This document shows positions 7,605 through 14,279 of a DNA stretch of 14,279 nucleotides, piece by piece. Source of the stretch: Myxococcales bacterium (GTDB lineage: Bacteria; Myxococcota_A; UBA9042); NCBI GenBank assembly GCA_037441385.1, contig JBBISH010000144.1:1-14279 (forward strand), written 5' to 3'. The notes below the pieces were generated by a model. It searched no databases, was not told where the DNA came from, and was given only the letters and a program-made list of their open reading frames with translations. The position numbers were made by a program, and so were the translations under genes. Positions within the stretch are counted from its first letter, which is position 1. Each line of letters starts with the position of its first letter.

Positions 7605-8741
7605 ATGTCGATCCAAAACCTTGCCGCCCTGGACGCCACCGTGCTCAAGAACCTCTTGGGCAAGAACCTGCTGATCACCGACGAGTGGACCTCGGCCGAG
7701 ATCGAGATGCTGGCCAACGTCGCCGCGCGCTTCGAGATCGCCGACCGCGCCGGCAAGGACCTGGGCTGGTTCAAGAACGAGCTGGCCTATGCGATGTTCT
7801 TTGACAATTCGACCCGCACCAAGTCGGCCTGGGCGGGCGCCGCGGCGCGCTTGGGCATGATGCCGGTCATCGTCGACGGCAGCTCGACCCAGGTCAGCCA
7901 CGGCGAGACCGCGGCCGAGACCGGCTGCATGCTGGGCATGAACTCGCACGCCATGGGCATCCGCCACGACCTGATCCTGGGCGAAGGCAACAGCTTCATG
8001 CGCGACGTGGAGAAGGGCATCAATGACTACCTGGTGGCCACCGGCGACCAGCGCAAGGTGCCGGTGGTCAACCTGCAGTGCGACATCGACCACCCGACCC
8101 AGACGATGGCCGACCTGCTGTGGCTGAAGGAGTACTTCCCCGAGGGCCTCAAGGGCAAGAAGATCGCCGTGTCGTGGGCCTATTCGCCCAGCTATGCCAA
8201 GCCTTTGAGCGTGCCCCAGGGCCTGATCATGCTGCTGCCGCGCTACGGCGCCCACGTGACCCTGGCGCACCCCGAGGGCTACCGCCTGATGGACCGCTGC
8301 CTGGACTCGGCCAGCAAGGCGGCCAAGGAGTCGGGCGGTTCGTTCAAGGTCACCGGCAACATGGACGAGGCCTTTGACGGCGCCCATGTGGTCTACCCCA
8401 AGAGCTGGGGCCCCTACGACCTGATGCTGGAGCGCGTGGCCGCCAACAAGGCCAACGACAAGGCGGGCTTGCAGGCCATCGAGAAGCGGGCCCTGGAGCG
8501 CAACGCCCAGTTCAAGGACTGGATCTGCGACGAGCGCCGCATGGCCAAGACGGTGAACGGCGACGCGCTGTACATGCACTGCCTGCCGGCCGACATCGGC
8601 GCCGAGGTCAGCCACGGCGTGATGCAAAAGCACGTGGTCAACGTGGCGCGCGAGGCCAACTGGAAGGTCTACGTGCAGATGGCGCTGCTGGCCACCGGCA
8701 AGCTGGGCGCGGGCGTGGTGGAGAAGTTTGGCGCCCTCTAG
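7605..8741 (+). CDS. ygeW: YgeW-family knotted carbamoyltransferase
   Basis: Carbamoyl-phosphate motifs NSTRT, HPTQ and HCLP, plus YgeW-type segments STQVSHGET, NLQCDIDHPTQ, WAYSPSYAKPLSVPQG, VYPKSW and YMHCLPADI; AGGAG RBS at 7593-7597. Confidence 0.9.
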   Translation: MSIQNLAALDATVLKNLLGKNLLITDEWTSAEIEMLANVAARFEIADRAGKDLGWFKNELAYAMFFDNSTRTKSAWAGAAARLGMMPVIVDGSSTQVSHGETAAETGCMLGMNSHAMGIRHDLILGEGNSFMRDVEKGINDYLVATGDQRKVPVVNLQCDIDHPTQTMADLLWLKEYFPEGLKGKKIAVSWAYSPSYAKPLSVPQGLIMLLPRYGAHVTLAHPEGYRLMDRCLDSASKAAKESGGSFKVTGNMDEAFDGAHVVYPKSWGPYDLMLERVAANKANDKAGLQAIEKRALERNAQFKDWICDERRMAKTVNGDALYMHCLPADIGAEVSHGVMQKHVVNVAREANWKVYVQMALLATGKLGAGVVEKFGAL

Positions 8742-8837
8742 GCGTATTTGGAAAGGAATCGAAGCAACGAGACGCCCTTGGACGAGGGCGGCGTTAGAAG
8801 CCCGCCTATGGATGGGCCGGGACACCAAAGGAACACC

Positions 8838-10367
8838 ATGAGCAACCTGGATCAACGCGTGGCCGAGCTGGCCGCCAAGTACCGCCCGCTGGGCCAAGAA
8901 CTGCTGGCCGAAGTGGTGCGGATCCCCGCCGACTACGTGGACAAGCCGATCGATCAAGGCGGCGACCCGCTGTGCGGCCTGTCGAACCACGAAGAGCCGC
9001 GCCTGCGCTACCTCAAGCGCCGCATCGTCGAGATCGGCGCGGTGCGCAAGGCCGAGGACGTGTTTTTCGACGACTTTGGCAACCTGGTGTGGACCGTGGA
9101 GGACCCGAGCGACGGCATCGCCCGCGATCAGAAGAAGGTCATCTACTTTGACGGCCACAGCGACACCGTCAAGGCGCTGCGCGGCAACTGGCGGCAGAAG
9201 ATTGGCGGCATCGACAGTTACGATGGCATCGTCGACGCGGGCAACGTCAACAAGGACTTCTTGAAGAAGGAATTGGGTCACCTGCCGCCGGACGGGGAGT
9301 GGGACAACCTGCTGTTTGGTCGCGGCTCGGCGGACCAGCTGGGCGGCGTGATCGCCGAGGTGGTCGCCACCAAGATCCTGCTGGAACTGGCCGGCGAGGG
9401 CGCCCTGAAAGGCTGCATCGTCCGCGCCGTGGCCACGGCCTGCGAAGAGGACAACGACGGCGCGGGACCGATGTTCATCACCCGGCATGTGATGACCCAA
9501 GGCCGCGACCTGGTGCCGGACGTGGTGATCCTGACCGAGGGCACCGGCGACGCCAACAAAGGTGCCCTGGGCATCTACCGCGGGCAGCGCGGCCGCATGC
9601 AGATCCAGGTGACGGTGACGGGGCGCTCGTGCCACGGCTCGATGCCGTGGGAAGGCCTGAATCCGCTGGAGTACGCCGGCGCGATCCTGAGCGAGGCCGC
9701 CAAGCAGTACGAGGACCGCGACGGCTTCTTGGACGACCCGTTCCTGGGCCACGGCACCCGCACCGCCTCGTGGGCACAGCTGGAGACGCCGTCGGACTGC
9801 GCGGTGCCGGATCGCTTTACGTTCCGCTTTGACCGCCGCCTGACCGTGGGCGAGACCCCGGATCACGCGGTGGAGCAGGTCAAGTCGCTGAAGGCGGTGG
9901 CGACGGCGCGGGCTGCGGGCCTGACCGTGGACATCACGGTGCCGACCTACGACGAGGGCAGCTGGCGCGGCTACAAGCTGCACAACCCGCAGATCTACAT
10001 GGGTTGGGCGACGCCGGAGGAGCACCCGGCCATCCAGGCGGCGCGGAACACCTACCTGGGCGTGGTGACGCCGAACATCGGGCCTTCCAGCGAGCAGAAG
10101 GGCGCGCTGCGCAAGAACCCGCGCATCGACCGCTGGATTTTCTCGACGGACGGCGTGGGCTTCCCGATCAAGACGACTGACACGTCGATCGACACCAGCG
10201 GGAAGAACTGGGTGGTGGCGGGGGCCTTCAAGCACCCGGCGATGTTCGGCGTGGGTCCGGGCATCGAGCAGAACACGCACAAGATCGGCGAGTGCGTGGA
10301 CCTGCGCGAGCTGCAGCATGCGATCGCGATGTTGGCGCGGTTCCCAAGCGTCTTCGCCGCTTTGTAG
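8838..10367 (+). CDS. ygeY: YgeY-like M20 metallo-amidohydrolase, long form (509 aa)
   Basis: Start set at ATG 8838 (AAAGGAA at 8827-8833). M20 metal and catalytic motifs DGHSDTV, GRGSADQLGG, ACEEDNDG, ILTEG and NTHKIGE. YgeY-like segments IYRGQRGRMQI, GRSCHGSMP, DDPFLGHGT, SDCAVPD, DRRLTVGET and WIFSTDGV. Directly follows ygeW. Confidence 0.8.
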   Translation: MSNLDQRVAELAAKYRPLGQELLAEVVRIPADYVDKPIDQGGDPLCGLSNHEEPRLRYLKRRIVEIGAVRKAEDVFFDDFGNLVWTVEDPSDGIARDQKKVIYFDGHSDTVKALRGNWRQKIGGIDSYDGIVDAGNVNKDFLKKELGHLPPDGEWDNLLFGRGSADQLGGVIAEVVATKILLELAGEGALKGCIVRAVATACEEDNDGAGPMFITRHVMTQGRDLVPDVVILTEGTGDANKGALGIYRGQRGRMQIQVTVTGRSCHGSMPWEGLNPLEYAGAILSEAAKQYEDRDGFLDDPFLGHGTRTASWAQLETPSDCAVPDRFTFRFDRRLTVGETPDHAVEQVKSLKAVATARAAGLTVDITVPTYDEGSWRGYKLHNPQIYMGWATPEEHPAIQAARNTYLGVVTPNIGPSSEQKGALRKNPRIDRWIFSTDGVGFPIKTTDTSIDTSGKNWVVAGAFKHPAMFGVGPGIEQNTHKIGECVDLRELQHAIAMLARFPSVFAAL

Positions 10368-10423
10368 GACGCGCCAACGACGCCAGCCACGCCGGCCCCA
10401 CACCCCGCTGCCTGACGGCAGCT

Positions 10424-10465
10424 GCCCCTCGCCCCAACGGACTGGGGCGAGGGGCGCTTGTTTTC
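10424..10465 (+). terminator. Rho-independent terminator of the xdh-arcC-ygeW-ygeY operon
   Basis: Perfect 13-bp stem GCCCCTCGCCCCA (10424-10436) / TGGGGCGAGGGGC (10443-10455) with a 6-nt loop, followed by GCTTGTTTTC. A 6-bp hairpin GCTGCC-TGAC-GGCAGC (10407-10422) lies just upstream. Confidence 0.8.
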
Positions 10466-10651
10466 GATGAGTTGGGAGATAGACAGACAGACCTGGCGCA
10501 CATGGTCACGAAATCCAGGTTGCCGCGGGCGAGGACCTGTCGCCAAGTCCCGTCGGGGTCCGCGAGGGCTTCCGGCCCGCGACCGGGTGCGGGCTGGGCG
10601 GGCCGAGTTCTCAGATGAGAATGCCGTTGGTACTTGGGGGTGCTGTCGGGG

Positions 10652-11293
10652 TTATGGCGCCGGCGTTGCTTGGCTTGGCGGGGCTGTCACCGGTCTTTCT
10701 TGCTCGCGTTTCAGATCCTCGGCCGCGCGCTGTTTGCGATACTCCTCGTTTTCCTTGGCGTTGCGCTCGGCATTTTGCCGCTTGGTCACTTCCTGCTGCA
10801 GAAACTTCTTGGCGTCGGCGGCGTAGGCGTGCCCTGGGTCGCTTGCACCTACGGCAGCGCCCTTCCTGCGCAGGTAGGTCTCGAAGTAGTCGAGGGCCTT
10901 TTGGAAGCGCTGCTCGTCGTTTGGCTGGTCGGCAAGTCTGTTTTCAAGGTAGAGAATGCCCAGGTTGAGCAGCGCCTCCGGCCGCTCGGGCGCCTCGGCA
11001 AGGGCGGCCAAGTAGTCCTCGCGGGCGCGCTCCGCGTGCTGGAGCTGGCCGTCGACGCGCCAGGCGTTGCCTAGGTTGATGAGAAATTCATATGAGTTGG
11101 CCCGCAGGGCTATGGCGCGCTCCATGGCAACCCGGGCCTGCGAGGCGCGGCGTGTGCGCGTCCAAAGTGCGCCCAGGTCGGACCAGGCTTCGGCCCGAGG
11201 CGTCACCGCCACCACGATGGTGCCCGCAACGCTGGGCCTGCGCAACCAGTCTTGTCTGGCTACGCGGAGTTGGCTGCCGTGGAACGGAGCCAA
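10652..11293 (-). CDS. Tetratricopeptide repeat protein with charged C-terminal helix (resembles the C-terminal half of GltE/AglT-like proteins); start uncertain, possibly 5'-truncated
   Basis: Three TPR-like units (AEAWSDLGALW...AMERAIALRA, YEFLINLGNAW...AREDYLAALAEAP, PEALLNLGILY...KALDYFETYL), then an E/K/R/Q-rich helix and a P/A/T tail. The first ~26 codons from TTG 11293 do not look protein-like and have no clear RBS; GTG 11215 is an alternative start. Confidence 0.6.
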   Translation of the reverse strand: MAPFHGSQLRVARQDWLRRPSVAGTIVVAVTPRAEAWSDLGALWTRTRRASQARVAMERAIALRANSYEFLINLGNAWRVDGQLQHAERAREDYLAALAEAPERPEALLNLGILYLENRLADQPNDEQRFQKALDYFETYLRRKGAAVGASDPGHAYAADAKKFLQQEVTKRQNAERNAKENEEYRKQRAAEDLKREQERPVTAPPSQATPAP

Positions 11294-11379
11294 TGTCGAG
11301 CAGCCGCTTTGACCTTACCGAATCTCTGCCCTGCCTTGGCCGTTGGACCGTGGCTGGCGGCTGTGGCCACCCAAGCGCC

Positions 11380-11877
11380 CTATGGCTTGGACCAGTTGCA
11401 GCCCTTGGCGGGCGGGTAGTTCGGGCAGGTCGCACCGGCGTCCACTTCGCAGGGGCAGTCCCAAAATCGCTCCCATCTGGGGCCAGACGGGTCCCAGGCC
11501 ATAGGCTGGTGGCAGAGCAGCCCTCGGCCCGGCCCGGTGCAACACTCTTCATCCTTGTTCGGGTTGCACGGGCAGCCTTCCTTGGGATACCCAGGGCAAT
11601 CGAGGGTATCGGCCGTTTCGGGCAGCGAGTCTGCGATGGGCGCGGCGTCGACCAGCGCTCCACCACCGGCGGACGTGTCGCTGACGACTGCGGCATCCGG
11701 CGGGGTTGCTGTGTCCTTCTCCAGGGGATCGCCGTCCCCCGCGACGCCAAGTTCGGTGCCGTTGCCGCTCGCGTCGGGCAGGCTTGCGGGCACTGCCGGT
11801 GCGCTTGTGCAGGCCGTGCCCAGGCAACCCGAGATGGCGAGCAGGCCCGCCGCAAGGAGCAGACGAACTTGGATCAT
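11380..11877 (-). CDS. Small secreted/lipoprotein with acidic linker and C-terminal 10-Cys domain
   Basis: AAGAGG RBS upstream of ATG 11877. Signal peptide MIQVRLLLAAGLLAISG-C (lipobox-like ISGC), D/A/P/T-rich linker, then CPGYPKEGCPCNPNKDEECC...C...WDCPC...C...C. Confidence 0.7.
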   Translation of the reverse strand: MIQVRLLLAAGLLAISGCLGTACTSAPAVPASLPDASGNGTELGVAGDGDPLEKDTATPPDAAVVSDTSAGGGALVDAAPIADSLPETADTLDCPGYPKEGCPCNPNKDEECCTGPGRGLLCHQPMAWDPSGPRWERFWDCPCEVDAGATCPNYPPAKGCNWSKP

Positions 11878-11925
11878 GCTTGCCTCTTGGGGGCCGGCCC
11901 GAGCGCCGCGAGCAGGGATCCCACG

Positions 11926-12315
11926 CTACTCCAGGCCTCGCCGGTGAGCAAGCTGCCGCTCCCGCCGCCGCCGCACCTCGCCCACCAGCCCGGGCAGCAG
12001 GCCCAGCGCCACCACGACCGTGGCGACTTGCAGGTTGCGGTCGGCCTCGCGGTAGCCTTGGGCGCGGACCGGCTCAGCTTGGGCGGGCGCGTGGACGGTC
12101 AGGAGGGCCACGGCCGCGTCCACATGACCCCGCGCCTCCTCTCGGCCGTGCCAGGCCAGGGCCAGCGGCAGCGCCAGGAGGCCCAGCCACAGGACGCGGG
12201 TCAGCGGCTTGGCGGCGATGGCGTGTACCAGGCCCGCCCCCAATGTCACGGGCGCACACAGGGCAACGGCATACGCCCACCCGCCGCCCTCTTGCAGGAT
12301 TTGCATTGGATTCAT
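11926..12315 (-). CDS. Small 3-TM membrane protein (129 aa), weakly reminiscent of short MotA/TolQ/ExbB-like proteins
   Basis: AAGGGA RBS before ATG 12315 (MNPMQILQEGGGWAYAV). Three hydrophobic segments and a basic C-terminal tail (RRRRERQ). Confidence 0.6.
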   Translation of the reverse strand: MNPMQILQEGGGWAYAVALCAPVTLGAGLVHAIAAKPLTRVLWLGLLALPLALAWHGREEARGHVDAAVALLTVHAPAQAEPVRAQGYREADRNLQVATVVVALGLLPGLVGEVRRRRERQLAHRRGLE

Positions 12316-12487
12316 GGTGTCCCTTGTCGGCTGCTCTTTGCTGTTGCGACTGCCCAGCCTACACCCAAACCGGGATCGGCGACACTGGCCGAGTCGACGC
12401 CCGCGGCCGGCCAAATCCCGAGGCAAATGGCGAATCCGCCGCGGCCGCAACTGAGGTAGGTTCTGAACACGCTTGGCAGAAACCGCG

Positions 12488-12516
12488 TTGACGTGGCTAG
12501 TGGTCCCGCGTAGCCT
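12488..12516 (+). promoter_or_regulatory. Putative sigma70-type promoter for the Cys-repeat lipoprotein gene
   Basis: TTGACG (12488-12493), 17-nt spacer, TAGCCT (12511-12516), about 60 nt upstream of ATG 12578 in a divergent intergenic region. Confidence 0.5.
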
Positions 12517-12577
12517 CTCTTGAGCAGACTAGACTGCGCGCAGCCAGCCCCAAGCCGCTGGTGTCACGGTGCAATCC

Positions 12578-14279
12578 ATGCGTACTCGCCTGTTCGCTCT
12601 GTTGATTTGGCTGCCGCTGCTAGTCGCGGCGGCGTGTGGAGGGCCCGCGGCCGAGTCCGGCAAGGCCGCAGCTGCGGGCCCAGACAGCGCGGAGGACAGC
12701 CAAGTCGGCGACGCGACGGACTTGGCCGACGTGCCGGTCGACGCCTCCAGTGCCGATGCGCCCGCCGACGCCGCCACCGAGCTGGACGGAGCTGAGCCCG
12801 TGGACATGGAAGTAGCGACCGACACAGGGCAACCTGACGTGGACGCCTGGGACGCCGGCGCGATGGACACGGACCTTGCCCCCGATGCCGAAACCGATAC
12901 GGGGGCCGATACCGGAGCCGGACCCGAAACCGACGCCGCCGCCGAAACCGCGCCGGACGTCGCCGCTGACACCGGAACCGAACCCGCAGCCGATAGCGGA
13001 GCCGACAGCGGAACGGATGTCGGCGCAGACAGTGGGACTGATGCCGGCGCGGATGCCTCGACCGTGATCTCGGCTCCCTCTGGCCAGCCGTGCCTGGCGA
13101 CCGGCGACTGCGGCACGGGGCAAGTGTGCGACACGGCGAGCCACCTTTGCGTGGCGTGCCTGATCAGCAGCGATTGCGGCGCCGGTCAGCAGTGCTTATT
13201 GGGGTCGTGCTGGACTTCGCTGCCCTGCAAGTCCGACCTGCAATGCAAGACCACGGACCAAGTGTGCGACAAGGCCACCGGGGTCTGCGTCGCGTGCGTC
13301 GGCGCAGAGGACTGTGGCGCGGGCTTTGCTTGCTTGCAGCACACTTGCGTGGCGGCCGTGCCCTGCAAGACCAGCAAAGATTGCGTGGGCGTGTGTGATC
13401 CGTCCAAGCAGATTTGCGTCGACTGCGCCTCTGCCGACGACTGTGGGGCGGGCCAGTGGTGCAACGCCCTCGGCCAGTGCCAGGCGGCGCTGTGCACACC
13501 GGGCACCGCGAAGTGTGTGGGCAGCCAAGCGCTCACCTGCGCGGCCGGCGGCGGCAATTTCGTCGCGAAGGAATGCGACGACGGCTCGGTGTGCACCGGC
13601 GGCGACGGTTGCCAAGGCGGCGTGTGCTTGTCCGGCAGCGCCACCAACTGCGACGACGGCAACCCCTGTACCGCCGATACCTGTGCCAACCCAGGCGGCT
13701 GCAGCCACGCGGCGACCGCGGGCGCCTGCGACGACGGTGACGTATGCACCACCGCCGACACCTGCGCGGCCGGCGCCTGCACGGGCAAACCGTTGCCCTG
13801 CAACGACCAGAACCCCTGCACCGACGACAGTTGCGGCAAGTCCGGCTGTGTCTTCTTGCCCAACAGCCAGACCTGCAGCGACGCCAGCACTTGCACCGCG
13901 AGCGACACGTGCGGCGATGGCGCGTGCAAAGGCCAGCCCGTCGTGTGCAGCGACGGCAACCCGTGTACGGACGATAGCTGCGACCCCGCCACCGGCTGCG
14001 TCAGCGTGCCCAACGCCGCCGCCTGCGACGACGGCAACGTGTGCACCAGCGGCGACGTGTGCAGCAAGGGCAGCTGCAGCGGCCAGCCGACCACCTGCGA
14101 CGACGGCAACGCCTGCACGACCGGCGACTCTTGCACGGCGAGCGGCTGCCTGGGCGGCGCCAGCGTGGTCTGCAGCGATGGCAACGTTTGTACCACGGAT
14201 AGTTGCGACGCCAAGCTGGGCTGCGTCTTTGCGGCCAATACTATCCCGTGCGACGACGGCAATGTGTGCACCAGCGGCG
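12578..14279 (+). CDS. Large cysteine-rich repeat surface lipoprotein, 3'-truncated by the window end (absent from the ORF track)
   Basis: Hand translation from ATG 12578: MRTRLFALLIWLPLLVAAA-CGG (lipobox), ~150-aa D/A/T/G acidic linker, three 8-Cys units, then CDDGNxCT repeats. No stop codon for 567 codons up to base 14279. Confidence 0.9.
   Translation, partial: MRTRLFALLIWLPLLVAAACGGPAAESGKAAAAGPDSAEDSQVGDATDLADVPVDASSADAPADAATELDGAEPVDMEVATDTGQPDVDAWDAGAMDTDLAPDAETDTGADTGAGPETDAAAETAPDVAADTGTEPAADSGADSGTDVGADSGTDAGADASTVISAPSGQPCLATGDCGTGQVCDTASHLCVACLISSDCGAGQQCLLGSCWTSLPCKSDLQCKTTDQVCDKATGVCVACVGAEDCGAGFACLQHTCVAAVPCKTSKDCVGVCDPSKQICVDCASADDCGAGQWCNALGQCQAALCTPGTAKCVGSQALTCAAGGGNFVAKECDDGSVCTGGDGCQGGVCLSGSATNCDDGNPCTADTCANPGGCSHAATAGACDDGDVCTTADTCAAGACTGKPLPCNDQNPCTDDSCGKSGCVFLPNSQTCSDASTCTASDTCGDGACKGQPVVCSDGNPCTDDSCDPATGCVSVPNAAACDDGNVCTSGDVCSKGSCSGQPTTCDDGNACTTGDSCTASGCLGGASVVCSDGNVCTTDSCDAKLGCVFAANTIPCDDGNVCTSG
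13091..13480 (+). repeat. Three tandem ~45-aa 8-Cys units (Myxococcales-type Cys-rich repeat)
   Basis: CLATGDCGTGQVCDTASHLCVACLISSDCGAGQQCLLGSC / CKSDLQCKTTDQVCDKATGVCVACVGAEDCGAGFACLQHTC / CKTSKDCVGVCDPSKQICVDCASADDCGAGQWCNALGQC. Confidence 0.75.
13574..14279 (+). repeat. At least 10 tandem ~25-aa 4-Cys repeats C[DSN]DGNxCTx(1-2)DxC (Dictyostelium/slime-mould CTDC-like repeat)
   Basis: Nine complete units and one partial unit, e.g. CDDGNPCTADTC, CNDQNPCTDDSC, CSDGNPCTDDSC, CDDGNVCTSGDVC. The DNA motif TGCGACGACGGCAAC and variants recur at 72-78 nt spacing. Confidence 0.85.

Noticed and set aside
6633..8741. Arginine deiminase pathway (arcB/arcC) interpretation
   Set aside because: The transcarbamylase has YgeW-specific segments and lacks the ornithine-binding SMG motif; no arcA is present, and the neighbours are xdh and ygeY.
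3948..10367. Selenocysteine (in-frame TGA) in the Se-linked genes
   Set aside because: All four ORFs are uninterrupted; this enzyme family uses a labile Se cofactor rather than Sec.
7587..10403. 938-aa minus-strand ORF, and similar long ORFs 3789-5018, 5040-6032, 6084-7583, 2401-3540 and 13186-14271
   Set aside because: Antisense shadows of real genes with high GC3 bias; composition is R/H/V/Q-rich or mirrors the repeats, with no motifs.
10476..10605. Short AGAC microsatellite and GC-rich hairpin at 10572-10597
   Set aside because: Only three repeat units, and a 9-bp GC stem without a U-tract is expected by chance at this GC content.
11092..12491. Plus-strand ORFs 11092-12459 and 11706-12491
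   Set aside because: R/P/G/A-rich with no motifs, and they overlap better-supported minus-strand genes that have RBS and signal or TM features.
1..14279. Genome-wide reassignment of TAG to a sense codon
   Set aside because: ygeW, ygeY and xdh end at TAG at about the expected family C-termini, and only one internal TAG was seen among about 11 genes.
13574..14279. CRISPR-like periodic DNA repeats (TGCGACGACGGCAAC every ~75 nt)
   Set aside because: The repeats are in-frame, degenerate at synonymous positions, and explained by protein Cys repeats; no cas genes are present.

Overview
GC-rich bacterial window, probably from a Myxococcota-like organism (inferred from the FG-GAP protein, lipoproteins with acidic linkers, and CDDGNxCT-repeat proteins). 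The core is a four-gene + strand operon (3948-10367): a fused 2Fe-2S/molybdenum hydroxylase of the selenium-dependent xanthine dehydrogenase type, carbamate kinase, YgeW-type carbamoyltransferase and a long YgeY-type M20 hydrolase, closed by an intrinsic terminator. This is a compact subset of the anaerobic purine/uric-acid degradation cluster known from gut bacteria. To the left are a 5'-truncated FG-GAP/PPC protein, a LURP-one/scramblase-like protein, a highly structured convergent intergenic region, and a minus-strand lipoprotein gene split by an in-frame TAG. That internal TAG and the terminal TAG lie in a 17/20-nt direct repeat. To the right are a TPR protein fragment, a small Cys-rich lipoprotein, a small membrane protein, and a large Cys-repeat lipoprotein (12578 to window end) that is missing from the ORF track. 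All family calls come from motif recognition by eye; no searches were run.
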